Source: a bacterium (GTDB lineage: Bacteria > Bacteroidota > Bacteroidia > Chitinophagales > Chitinophagaceae). Taken from it: a stretch of 64,000 nucleotides of DNA. The stretch's first letter is position 1, and every line of letters starts with the position of its first letter. Made by a program: the position numbers and the translations under genes. The DNA lies in contig JBKCFW010000192.1 in NCBI GenBank assembly GCA_046303675.1, positions 4,021 to 68,020 on the forward strand, in the 5' to 3' direction. Below are positions 55,163 to 64,000 of the stretch, in pieces. A model generated the notes under the pieces. The model worked only from the letters and a program-made list of their open reading frames with translations, did no database searches and had not been told where the DNA came from.

Positions 55163-57751
55163 ATGAAAAACAGTAGCGACACTCCCTTAATGCAGCAACA
55201 TCGTGCGATCAAGCAGAAATATCCCGATGCGATACTTCTGTTCAGGGTCGGTGACTTTTATGAAACCTTCGGGGAAGATGCTGTGAAATCTTCTACCGTC
55301 CTAGGGATCACGTTAACAAAACGCAACAATGGTGCAGCGGCTTCGCTCGAACTTGCTGGCTTTCCCCATCATTCACTTGATACCTACCTGCATAAGTTGG
55401 TAAAGGCCGGATACAGGGTTGCTATTTGTGATCAGCTGGAGGATCCTAAGACTGCCAAGGGATTGGTCAAGCGGGGGGTTACTGAAATGGTGACGCCGGG
55501 ACTAGCGACACACGATAAGCTGTTGGAAAATAATAGCAATAATTTTCTGGCGGGTATTCATTTTGGTGAGCAAATAAACGGTATCTCTTTCTTGGATATT
55601 TCAACCGGAGAGTTTTTTGTGGCAGAAGGTGATATGGAATACACGGAGAAGTTATTACAAACCTTTCAGCCTGCTGAGGTGATCTTTCAAAAAGGCCATC
55701 AGGCAGATTTTAGTGAACGATTTGGCAAAAGATTTTATACTTACTGCCTCGATTCATGGATTTTTGACAAACGGTATGCCGAGGAAGGGTTGTTGCGGCA
55801 TTTCGGAACCCACTCTTTGAAGGGTTTTGGTATTGAGGGACTTGATGCCGGAATAGTTGCTGCGGGTGCTATCCTTCATTATCTCAATGACACAGCCCAC
55901 CCAAATAGTAACCACATCACTACGATTCATCGGATCAACAGGGATGAGTACCTGTGGATGGATCAGTTCACTATTCGTAATCTTGAGCTGGTTCATTCTC
56001 CGGTCGAAGGAGGCGCAACGCTGCTAAATACTATTGATGCTACCGTTTCTCCAATGGGCTCTCGTTTGATGAAGAGGTGGGTACTGATGCCTTTGGTAAA
56101 TAAGGATAAAATCGAAGAGCGATTAGATTTGGTCGCGGACATCATCAAACAAGATGATTGGCGTCAAAGGGTTATTGCAGCGATCAAGGGTTGTGGTGAT
56201 ATTGAACGACTGGTAAGCAAAATACCTTCAAAAAAAATTGGACCGCGTGAATTGCTGCAATTAGCAAGAGGACTTGAACAGGTGGCAATCATAAAATCTT
56301 ATGCAGTAGAGATCCCCAATTCTTATTTATCCAGATTGGCCGATGGTTTCAATGCCTGCACATATATAAAAGAAAAAATATTTCGCGAGATTGCTGAAGA
56401 GCCCCCCGCCCAGACTCAAAAAGGCGGGTATATCGCACGGGGAGTTAATGAAGAATTGGACCAATATCGTGATCTTGCCACAGGAGGTAAAAATGTCTTA
56501 TTGGAAATTCAGCAGCGGGAAGCAGTGAATACGGGGATCACTTCCCTGAAGATCGGCTTCAATAATGTATTTGGATATTATCTTGAGGTGAGCAACACCC
56601 ATAAGAATAAAGTTCCTTCCGAGTGGATACGAAAGCAAACGCTGACCAATGGTGAAAGGTATATCACTGCAGAGTTAAAAGCGTATGAAGAAAAGATCAT
56701 GGGTGCTGAGGATAAGATTTTTCAGCTGGAGTCAATGCTCTATGATCGCATGCTGAATGAGCTTCAAGAATTTATGCTTCCCATGCAGCAGAATGCACAT
56801 GTGATTGCAGTGCTTGATTGTTTGACTGCATTCGCTGTTCAGGCTATTCAGCATAAATATTGCAAGCCTGTGTTGCATGATGATGATATGTTGTTATTGG
56901 AAGAGGCAAGACATCCTGTGATCGAACAGTTGTTGCCCGCTGGAGCAGAATATGTTTCAAATGATATTCGTCTTGATAAAGAGGGATGTCAGGTGATCAT
57001 TTTGACGGGCCCCAACATGAGTGGAAAGAGTGCTTTGCTGAGGCAGACGGCAATTGTTACATTGATGGCACATATGGGCAGTTATGTGCCTGCTAAAACA
57101 GCCAGGATCCCCATTACAGACAAAATATTTACCCGAGTTGGAGCGTCAGATAATCTTAGTGGAGGGGAGTCGACATTCATGGTGGAAATGAATGAAACTG
57201 CAAGCATCATTAATAACATTTCTTCCAGGAGTTTGGTTATTCTGGATGAGATAGGAAGGGGGACATCTACATACGATGGTATCTCCATCGCTTGCAGTAT
57301 CGCTGAATTTCTTCATGATTCCCCAAAGCGTCCGAAAACACTTTTTGCAACACATTATCATGAGATGAATGAGTTGGAGGGTCGGTTCGAGCGAATAAAA
57401 AACTTTCACATTACCCACAAAGAGATTGAAAATAAGATCATATTTCTCAGAAAGCTTGCGCCGGGGGGAAGCACCCATAGTTTTGGCATACACGTTGCAC
57501 GAATGGCAGGTATGCCCTTGACATTGGTGAAGAGAGCAGATGAGATACTCAGCGAGCTGGAGAAAAAGCCATCCGCTTCATTACCGTCTGTCATCAATCA
57601 TGATCTGCAAAATGTACAGCTCTCCATCTTTGATGCACACACAGAGGTCTTTGCAGAAATGAGAAAAATGTTGGACAAGTTGGATGTCAACTCGCTTACA
57701 CCTGTTGAAGCCCTCGTTGTATTGAGTGAGATCAAGAAAAAATTAAGTTAG
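55163..57751 (+). CDS. mutS: DNA mismatch repair protein MutS
   Basis: TPLMQQH..IK.KYPDAILLFRVGDFYE.F, GPNMSGKS, DE.GRGTST.DG. Confidence 0.97.
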   Translation: MKNSSDTPLMQQHRAIKQKYPDAILLFRVGDFYETFGEDAVKSSTVLGITLTKRNNGAAASLELAGFPHHSLDTYLHKLVKAGYRVAICDQLEDPKTAKGLVKRGVTEMVTPGLATHDKLLENNSNNFLAGIHFGEQINGISFLDISTGEFFVAEGDMEYTEKLLQTFQPAEVIFQKGHQADFSERFGKRFYTYCLDSWIFDKRYAEEGLLRHFGTHSLKGFGIEGLDAGIVAAGAILHYLNDTAHPNSNHITTIHRINRDEYLWMDQFTIRNLELVHSPVEGGATLLNTIDATVSPMGSRLMKRWVLMPLVNKDKIEERLDLVADIIKQDDWRQRVIAAIKGCGDIERLVSKIPSKKIGPRELLQLARGLEQVAIIKSYAVEIPNSYLSRLADGFNACTYIKEKIFREIAEEPPAQTQKGGYIARGVNEELDQYRDLATGGKNVLLEIQQREAVNTGITSLKIGFNNVFGYYLEVSNTHKNKVPSEWIRKQTLTNGERYITAELKAYEEKIMGAEDKIFQLESMLYDRMLNELQEFMLPMQQNAHVIAVLDCLTAFAVQAIQHKYCKPVLHDDDMLLLEEARHPVIEQLLPAGAEYVSNDIRLDKEGCQVIILTGPNMSGKSALLRQTAIVTLMAHMGSYVPAKTARIPITDKIFTRVGASDNLSGGESTFMVEMNETASIINNISSRSLVILDEIGRGTSTYDGISIACSIAEFLHDSPKRPKTLFATHYHEMNELEGRFERIKNFHITHKEIENKIIFLRKLAPGGSTHSFGIHVARMAGMPLTLVKRADEILSELEKKPSASLPSVINHDLQNVQLSIFDAHTEVFAEMRKMLDKLDVNSLTPVEALVVLSEIKKKLS

Positions 57752-57770
57752 ACCTTTTCTTTGCCAATCA

Positions 57771-58901
57771 TTAAATCAATTCCTTGAGCTGGGCTACTAC
57801 GTTGTCTACTTCTTCTGTTGTATTGAATTTATTGAACGAGAACCTGATGGTGACCTGATCATCAGTGTTTAATGCCCTGATCACATGAGAGCCCTGATCT
57901 GTTCCACTTGTACAGGCGCTTCCGCCGGATATGCAAATATTGTGGATGTCGAGATTGTATAGCAGCATCTCAGATCGCTCTGTTTTTGGGAATCCAACAC
58001 TCAGCACCGCATAAAGACTTTCACCCTCAACATCACCATTGAAGATGGTTGAATTTATTTCAGTCTCGAGCCGTGATTTCATGTACGATTTCAAGCTTCT
58101 GATCTGTTTGCTGTCTCTATCATAATTGGCAGTGGCCAACTCAAGCGCCTTGGAAAATCCTACAATACCATAAATGTTTTCAGTTCCGGCCCGCATGTTT
58201 CTTTCCTGTCCACCACCATGAATGAATGGAGATATTTTATTTCTTGAATTGACATACAAAATACCCGATCCCTTAGGTCCATGGAATTTATGCCCCGAGC
58301 CAGTTATGAAATCAACGGATACAGCTGACAAGTCAATAGGGTAGTGACCAACCGTTTGAACGGTGTCGGAATGAAACACAGCATCATATTGACTGCAAAT
58401 ATCACCTATGGTCTTCATGCAGCTGATATTACCAATTTCATTATTGGCATGCATCAGCGATACCAGTGTTTTGGTTGTTGTTGAAGATAATTTTGTTTCA
58501 AGATCGTTGAGGTCTATGTGGCCATTAGGTAAGATCCTTACGAACTCAAGTGTAACCTGCTCTTTTTTTGCTAAGAATTCGCAGGTGTGGAGTGTAGCGT
58601 GATGTTCTATTGGCGAGGTGATGATCCGTTTGCAGCCGAGGTCTCTTATCGCACCAACGATCGCTGTGTTACTGCTTTCAGTGCCTCCACTGGTGAAAAA
58701 AATCTCTGAAGGCTGTGCATGCAGTATGGAGGCAACTGATTTTCTTGATTTTTCGATAGCTAGTCTTGCTTCTCTGCCGTACGAATATATGGAAGAAGGG
58801 TTGCCAAAATGATCTGTGAGGTAGGGCAGCATGGCTTCTATTACCTCAGGGATAATTGGTGTGGTTGCAGCATTGTCAAAATAGATCCGGTTTGCCATCA
58901 T
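57771..58901 (-). CDS. cysteine desulfurase (NifS/IscS-like class V aminotransferase)
   Basis: ATG at 58901 (MMANRIYFDNAATTP...). SGHKFHGPKG PLP lysine and SGGSACTSG catalytic cysteine. The longer ORF-track start overlaps glmM. Confidence 0.92.
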   Translation of the reverse strand: MMANRIYFDNAATTPIIPEVIEAMLPYLTDHFGNPSSIYSYGREARLAIEKSRKSVASILHAQPSEIFFTSGGTESSNTAIVGAIRDLGCKRIITSPIEHHATLHTCEFLAKKEQVTLEFVRILPNGHIDLNDLETKLSSTTTKTLVSLMHANNEIGNISCMKTIGDICSQYDAVFHSDTVQTVGHYPIDLSAVSVDFITGSGHKFHGPKGSGILYVNSRNKISPFIHGGGQERNMRAGTENIYGIVGFSKALELATANYDRDSKQIRSLKSYMKSRLETEINSTIFNGDVEGESLYAVLSVGFPKTERSEMLLYNLDIHNICISGGSACTSGTDQGSHVIRALNTDDQVTIRFSFNKFNTTEEVDNVVAQLKELI

Positions 58902-58936
58902 CTTTGCCTTAGGTCTGCAAAGATAGGCGTAGAATA

Positions 58937-60319
58937 TTATATGGATTCCTGAATATCGCGGATCAATTTTGTGGCGATATTGTTGGCTGTGGTTTCGAAC
59001 ATACTTTCGGCAATGATACGAATAATGGGTTCGGTATTGCTCGCCCTGAGGTGTACCCAATCTTTGTCGAACTCGATTCTTAGTCCGTCTATCGTATTCA
59101 GGGGATTTCCTCTGTATTTATCCTTGATTTTCTCGAAAACTGATGCGAGATTGACTCCCTCATCAAGTTCGATTTTATTCTTGCTGATAAAATAATCGGG
59201 GTAGCTATTTCGGATCTGCTTCACTGTTTTTCCGTTCTTGGCCAATTGTGTTAAAAACAGGGCTATGCCTATCAATGCATCTCTTCCATAATGGAAATCA
59301 GGAACGATAATTCCTCCATTCCCTTCACCGCCAATTACTGCGTTGACCTCCTTCATCTTTGCCACTACATTTACTTCTCCTACTGCAGCTGGGTAATAGC
59401 TGCCTCCATGTTTTTCTGTAATGTCTTTTAGTGCTCTTGATGAGGAGAGGTTGCTGACCGTATTTCCCTTCCTGACACTAAGTACATAGTCTGCAATAGA
59501 AACCAATGTGTATTCTTCTCCAAACATCGATCCATCTTCGCAGATCAATACAAGTCTGTCAACATCAGGATCAACAGATATTCCGAGGTCTGCTTTATGC
59601 AGAACAACTTCTGCTGAGAGTTGCGTAAGATGTTGGGGAAGGGGTTCGGGGTTGTGGACAAACTTGCCATTAACTTCACCATTCAGCACAATAATATTTT
59701 CTTCAGGGATGCCTAACTTTTTCAATAGTGCAGGAACAAATAGTGCACCGGTGCTATTGATCGCATCCACCACAATTTTAAGTTTCTTTTCTGCTATCAT
59801 GGCTTTGTCGACCAATGGATAGTTCACAACAGCATCGAGGTGCCTGTCAGCATGCTTTTCTTTTCTGATTATTTTTCCAGCTTTATCAACTGAAGCAAAT
59901 GTGATGCTACCTGTATCTGCGTTGTTAAGTATGGCCGCGCCAATTTCTGCACTGATAAATTCTCCCTTGTCATTGAGTAATTTTAGTGCGTTCCACTCCT
60001 TTGGATTATGACTGGCTGTAATGATGATGCCGCCTGCAGCTTTCTCGGCTGTGACCTCAAATTCAACGGTTGGTGTGGTGGAAAGGCCCAGATCGATGAC
60101 ATCTGCACCTAACGCAACGAGGGTTTGTGCAACAAGCTCAGATACCATTGGGCCACTTATCCTCCCATCCCTACCAATGATAATTTTTTTATTTCCCCCT
60201 GAAGTCGCCCATTGACCAAAGGCAGCTGCGTATCTGACGATATCAAAAGGAGAAAGTGATTCTCCCGGTCTACCCCCGATCGTACCTCTGATGCCGGATA
60301 TGCTTTTGATCAATGCCAC
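58937..60319 (-). CDS. glmM: phosphoglucosamine mutase (GTG start)
   Basis: 460 aa. SGIRG, active-site TASHNP, DPDVDR. Confidence 0.93.
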   Translation of the reverse strand: MALIKSISGIRGTIGGRPGESLSPFDIVRYAAAFGQWATSGGNKKIIIGRDGRISGPMVSELVAQTLVALGADVIDLGLSTTPTVEFEVTAEKAAGGIIITASHNPKEWNALKLLNDKGEFISAEIGAAILNNADTGSITFASVDKAGKIIRKEKHADRHLDAVVNYPLVDKAMIAEKKLKIVVDAINSTGALFVPALLKKLGIPEENIIVLNGEVNGKFVHNPEPLPQHLTQLSAEVVLHKADLGISVDPDVDRLVLICEDGSMFGEEYTLVSIADYVLSVRKGNTVSNLSSSRALKDITEKHGGSYYPAAVGEVNVVAKMKEVNAVIGGEGNGGIIVPDFHYGRDALIGIALFLTQLAKNGKTVKQIRNSYPDYFISKNKIELDEGVNLASVFEKIKDKYRGNPLNTIDGLRIEFDKDWVHLRASNTEPIIRIIAESMFETTANNIATKLIRDIQESI

Positions 60320-60338
60320 GTATGATGTTTTAAAGGTG

Positions 60339-60346
60339 CAAAATTA
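60339..60346 (-). promoter_or_regulatory. -7 box TAATTTTG (minus strand) upstream of glmM
   Basis: Exact TAnnTTTG match on the minus strand, 19 nt upstream of the GTG at 60319. Confidence 0.4.
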
Positions 60347-60452
60347 CAAAAAAAAGACAGTTTATCGGATTACATCATTGATTAACCATCTTTGTCTTGT
60401 TATAATATGTTTTATTAATTTTTCTTTCTGAACTACCGATGGTCTAAGGGCT

Positions 60453-60460
60453 TATTTTTG
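60453..60460 (+). promoter_or_regulatory. -7 box TATTTTTG immediately upstream of the PAP2 gene
   Basis: Exact TAnnTTTG match ending 5 nt before the ATG at 60466 and 11 nt before the ATG at 60472. Confidence 0.35.
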
Positions 60461-60465
60461 CTTTA

Positions 60466-61071
60466 ATGACAATGATCCAAGAAATAGCGCTCCCTTTTTT
60501 TCAACAATTATTGCATTTGGATTATCAACTCATGTTGCTCATCAACAGGTTGTTTATACATCCTTACATGGATACCATTTCTTTATTCATGCGGGAATCT
60601 ATATTTCACATACCCTTGTACGTATTTATTATCCTGTTCGCATTTTCTGCCTTAAGAAGCAAAGCGGTTTGGTGGTTACTTGCGGGTATTTTACTGATCA
60701 TATGTTGTGATCTCATCAGCAGCCATGTGATCAAAGATCTTGTTGGTCGTCCAAGGCCATGCAGAGATCCTTTCATGGCAGGAAATATTCGTTTGTTGGC
60801 CAGTTATTGTGGTGGTAACGGGAGCTTTACATCCTCACATGCCGTTAATCACTTTGCTTTTGCTACTTACGTATTCACAACCTTGAAATCCTTTTCTCCC
60901 TGGTTTAGGGTGCTCTTTATATGGGCAGCACTGATTGCGTACTCACAGGTTTATGTGGGCGTTCATTACCCCTCTGATGTACTGGTTGGTGCAATATTGG
61001 GCTGTCTTTTTGGTTGGCTATGTGCTCGAATAGTTCGCCAGTCGTTATCTTTACACCAATACAAGTTATGA
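60466..61071 (+). CDS. PAP2-family membrane phosphatase (start uncertain: 60466 or 60472)
   Basis: 201 aa. KDLVGRPRP, SFTSSH, GVHYPSDV. Confidence 0.88.
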   Translation: MTMIQEIALPFFQQLLHLDYQLMLLINRLFIHPYMDTISLFMRESIFHIPLYVFIILFAFSALRSKAVWWLLAGILLIICCDLISSHVIKDLVGRPRPCRDPFMAGNIRLLASYCGGNGSFTSSHAVNHFAFATYVFTTLKSFSPWFRVLFIWAALIAYSQVYVGVHYPSDVLVGAILGCLFGWLCARIVRQSLSLHQYKL

Positions 61072-62369
61072 ACGAGCTGCTTATTCTGTTCCTTCTGATC
61101 ATCTTGAATGGTTTTTTTTCTATGGCCGAGATCGCATTGGTTTCTGCCAGAAAAGCCAGGTTGGAGGGACAAGCTAGTAAAGGCGACCTCAGGGCTAAGC
61201 ATGCATTGTCTCTTGCTCAAAAGCCAGACTCCTTTCTTTCCACCGTTCAGATCGGAATTACAACCATAGGTATTCTTACCGGTATCTATTCAGGGGATAA
61301 GATCATTGATGATGTTGCTGGTTGGTTGAATACGTTTCCTGCATTCCTTGAATACAGTCATGGGATAGCCACTGCTTTGGTTGTTGTCGTCATTACTTTT
61401 TTTTCACTTGTTTTTGGAGAACTCGTACCGAAACGGCTTGGACTTGCAAGCCCTGAGAGGATTGCAAAAAGTGTTGCATCTCCCATGCGATTGATCACAA
61501 TCATGACATATCCGTTTGTGTGGTTGTTGATCCATACCACCGGATTGATCATGCGGATATTTCGCATTAAATCTGATGATGGTCAGGTTACCGAAGAAGA
61601 AATCAAAGCGATCATCAATGAGGGAACTGAGCATGGAGCGATCGAGGCCACAGAACAGGAGATCATCCAACGTGTTTTTCATTTGGGAGACAGAAATATC
61701 ACTTCCTTGATGACGCACAGAAGTGATGTGATCTGGTTTGACTTGAATGATAATGAAGAGACGATCAGGGAAAAGATCATCAAGGAGCCTCATTCAGTAT
61801 ATCCAATATGCGATAAAACTATTGATAATATAGCGGGTATAGTTTCGATCAAAGAGATGTATGTAACGCCAGATGATGTTTCTTTCAAAGACGTGATGAA
61901 AAATCCGCTCTTCGTTCCCGAGAACATCAGTCCATATCAACTACTCGAAAAATTCAAAGAGACCAAGATACACACGAGTTTTGTGGTGGACGAGTATGGT
62001 ACCTTACTTGGATTGGTCACCCTTAATGATATTCTTGAGGCGATCGTTGGAGATCTTCCGCAGCATGATGTTCAGGATTATGAGATCATTGAACGAGAAG
62101 ATGGCACCTACCTTGTGGATGCACAAATACCTTTTTATGATTTTCTCAGCAGATTTGAAAAAGCGGATTGGATGAATGAGGGTGAGCAGGAATTTGATAC
62201 TTTGGCAGGTTTCATTTTACATTCTTTGGAGCGCATTCCTGTAACAGGGGATCGATTTGACTGGAAAGGTTTTGGGTTTGAAATTATAGACATGGACAGC
62301 CACCGGATCGATAAGATATTGGTAAAAGTTTCTGATCAGATCAGGAGCGAGATGGAAGATGATCAATAA
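61068..62369 (+). CDS. CNNM/HlyC-CorC family transporter (DUF21 + CBS pair + CorC_HlyC domain)
   Basis: ATG at 61068 in an ATGA overlap with the PAP2 stop. LNGFFSMAEIALVS, and ...R.DG.YL.DA....D.... Confidence 0.9.
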   Translation: MNELLILFLLIILNGFFSMAEIALVSARKARLEGQASKGDLRAKHALSLAQKPDSFLSTVQIGITTIGILTGIYSGDKIIDDVAGWLNTFPAFLEYSHGIATALVVVVITFFSLVFGELVPKRLGLASPERIAKSVASPMRLITIMTYPFVWLLIHTTGLIMRIFRIKSDDGQVTEEEIKAIINEGTEHGAIEATEQEIIQRVFHLGDRNITSLMTHRSDVIWFDLNDNEETIREKIIKEPHSVYPICDKTIDNIAGIVSIKEMYVTPDDVSFKDVMKNPLFVPENISPYQLLEKFKETKIHTSFVVDEYGTLLGLVTLNDILEAIVGDLPQHDVQDYEIIEREDGTYLVDAQIPFYDFLSRFEKADWMNEGEQEFDTLAGFILHSLERIPVTGDRFDWKGFGFEIIDMDSHRIDKILVKVSDQIRSEMEDDQ

Positions 62370-62375
62370 GATTGC

Positions 62376-63161
62376 ATGAACATTTCATTAGAAGGTAAAA
62401 AGGCAATTGTTTGCGGAAGTTCTCAAGGCATCGGTAAAGCCATCGCCGTTGAGTTAGCCAACTCCGGAGCCAGCTGTATCTTGCTGGCCAGGGATGAGAC
62501 AAGGCTAAAGCTGGCTGTATCAGAGTTGCCAGCGGGCAGGTTACAACAGCACGGATATTTTGTCGTTGATTTTTCAGACATTGATGCGCTGAAGAAAGTG
62601 GTGAGTGAAATTTGTGGCAATCACGACATCGATATTTTGGTCAACAATACAGGCGGACCAGCCGCAGGGTTGATCTCATCTGCAGAGATAAAAGAGTTTG
62701 AATCAGCATTTCAACAGCATTTGATCTGTAATCATATTTTGACACAGGCCGTTGTACCTGGAATGAGGCGTAAAGGTTGGGGAAGGATCATCAATGTGAT
62801 CTCTACATCTGTAAGGATCCCGCTTGACCACCTTGGTGTTTCAAATACAATTCGTGCTGCAGTTGCTTCTTGGTCTAAAACCATGTCCAATGAGTTGGCG
62901 CAATACGGAATCACTGTCAATAGTCTGTTGCCTGGTTTTATCGCTACAGCCAGGCTAGAAGCAGTAGCCAGGAGTTTCGCCCAGAGGGAGCAGGTCACCC
63001 AGCAGGAAATGGAGGAGAGGATGAAACACTCCGTTCCTGCCAAACGATTTGGATCGCCTTCGGAAATCGCTGCAGTAGCAGCATTTTTATCCTCTCCGGC
63101 TGCATCCTATGTTAATGGTGTTGCTATCCCGGTAGATGGTGGAAGAACGGGAACGATTTGA
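62376..63161 (+). CDS. SDR-family oxidoreductase (FabG-like)
   Basis: 261 aa. GSSQGIGKAIA, NNTGG, and a C-terminal ASYVNG..I.VDGG. Confidence 0.9.
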   Translation: MNISLEGKKAIVCGSSQGIGKAIAVELANSGASCILLARDETRLKLAVSELPAGRLQQHGYFVVDFSDIDALKKVVSEICGNHDIDILVNNTGGPAAGLISSAEIKEFESAFQQHLICNHILTQAVVPGMRRKGWGRIINVISTSVRIPLDHLGVSNTIRAAVASWSKTMSNELAQYGITVNSLLPGFIATARLEAVARSFAQREQVTQQEMEERMKHSVPAKRFGSPSEIAAVAAFLSSPAASYVNGVAIPVDGGRTGTI

Positions 63162-63212
63162 TGACTGATAAATTGAAATTGTTTATAATAATCATTCAAT
63201 ACTGCTTCATAC

Positions 63213-64000
63213 ATGACCAGGCAACAACTTATTGAACAAATTCGTCTTAAGAAATCTTATCTCTGTGTAGGACTAGATACTGATCTTTCAAAGATCCCTG
63301 ATTTTTTAAAGGAGGAAGAAGATCCTGTATTTTCATTCAATAAAGCAATCATTGATGCTACACTTCAATATTGCGTCTCCTACAAGATCAACACTGCATT
63401 TTATGAAGCACAGGGTTTGCAGGGCTGGAAGGCCATGGAGAAAACAATTAAGTACATACCCGATACCCATTTCAAGATCGCAGATGCAAAGCGTGGTGAT
63501 ATCGGTAACACTTCTACTCAGTACGCAATTGCATTCCTCAAGAACTTGCCCTTCGATTCGATTACTGTTGCGCCATATATGGGAGAAGACAGCGTAAAGC
63601 CATTTCTCCAGTTTGAAGGTAAGTGGGCCATCGTTCTCGCATTAACTTCCAATCCGGGTGCTGCTGATTTTGAACTTAATCTGCTTAATGAAGAGGGGAA
63701 TCCAAGGCTTTATGAACGCGTGATCTCAACAGTATCTTCATGGGGGACCAAGGATAACCTGATGTTTGTTGTAGGCGCAACACGATCTGATGAATTCATT
63801 AACCTGCGCAGGATATCACCAGATCATTTCTTCCTTGTACCAGGGGTAGGTGCACAAGGAGGGAGTCTTTCTGAGATCTCACAAAAAGCAATGAATAAAG
63901 ATGTCGGTATTCTAGTCAACGTAAGCCGTGACATCATCTTTGCCTCTAATGGAAAAGATTTTGCAGAGGCTGCAGGTGCAAAGGCAAAGTCATATGCTGA
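63213..64000 (+). CDS. pyrF: orotidine 5'-phosphate decarboxylase (type 2), 3'-partial
   Basis: My own translation from the ATG at 63213 gives MTRQQLIEQIRLKKSYLCVGLDTD...KINTAFYEA...IADAKRGDIGNT...LVPGVGAQGG. The frame stays open to the window end and is absent from the ORF track because no stop falls in the window. Confidence 0.9.
   Translation, partial: MTRQQLIEQIRLKKSYLCVGLDTDLSKIPDFLKEEEDPVFSFNKAIIDATLQYCVSYKINTAFYEAQGLQGWKAMEKTIKYIPDTHFKIADAKRGDIGNTSTQYAIAFLKNLPFDSITVAPYMGEDSVKPFLQFEGKWAIVLALTSNPGAADFELNLLNEEGNPRLYERVISTVSSWGTKDNLMFVVGATRSDEFINLRRISPDHFFLVPGVGAQGGSLSEISQKAMNKDVGILVNVSRDIIFASNGKDFAEAAGAKAKSYA

Noticed and set aside
1-64000. Whole-window search by eye for tRNA, rRNA, CRISPR repeats, long direct or inverted repeats, transposase/integrase/phage genes, toxin-antitoxin pairs or defence-type ATPase/nuclease clusters.
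   Set aside because: None was seen. All sizeable ORFs have housekeeping identities and intergenic regions are short. A by-eye scan can miss tRNAs, short repeats and compositional shifts, so tRNAscan-SE, Infernal and a repeat finder should be run to confirm.

Overview
This window is a densely packed chromosomal core region of a Bacteroidota-type genome. The phylum call is an inference from TAnnTTTG -7 promoter boxes, near-total absence of Shine-Dalgarno sequences, the order rpsL-rpsG-fusA-rpsJ with no tuf or adk, lolA after ftsK, and a PafA-type phosphatase. I support about 80 protein genes. From ~5.6 to 21.3 kb lies the str/S10/spc ribosomal-protein supercluster (rpsL, rpsG, fusA, rpsJ, rplC-D-W-B, rpsS, rplV, rpsC, rplP, rpmC, rpsQ, rplN-X-E, rpsN, rpsH, rplF, rplR, rpsE, rpmD, rplO, secY, map), and rpsA follows at 22.8 kb. 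The rest is housekeeping: aroE/aroK, ilvE, rdgB, mgtE, ftsK-lolA, ubiX, thyA-folA, folC, pntAA-pntAB-pntB, rsmG, an RsmB/F-like methylase, mutS, glmM, a NifS-like desulfurase, pyrF, lipid enzymes, SDRs and a photolyase-like gene. Two real small genes are missing from the ORF track: rpmD (18441-18620) and a DUF2256-type zinc-ribbon gene (53600-53749, minus strand). By eye I saw no rRNA, tRNA, CRISPR array, transposase, integrase, prophage, defence island or biosynthetic cluster, so I cannot nominate a new multi-gene system. The items most worth a second look are smaller. (1) A 160-aa orphan protein coupled to rdgB has a motif order resembling DNA polymerase III psi (HolD). (2) Two canonical AAGGAGG Shine-Dalgarno sites sit exactly 9 nt before rpsH and rpsA in an otherwise SD-free window. 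(3) Translation-gene promoters share a GC-rich extension of the -7 box, including an identical 15-mer at rpsL and rpsA. (4) The rpsJ-rplC spacer is 270 nt, with a terminator-like hairpin and two ATGA-coupled mini-ORFs. (5) Small hairpins recur 13-18 nt upstream of internal cistrons. (6) A COG3046/FeS-BCP-type photolyase homologue lacks the expected Fe-S cysteines and overlaps a flavin-reductase-like gene. All similarity statements come from reading the translations, and no searches were run.
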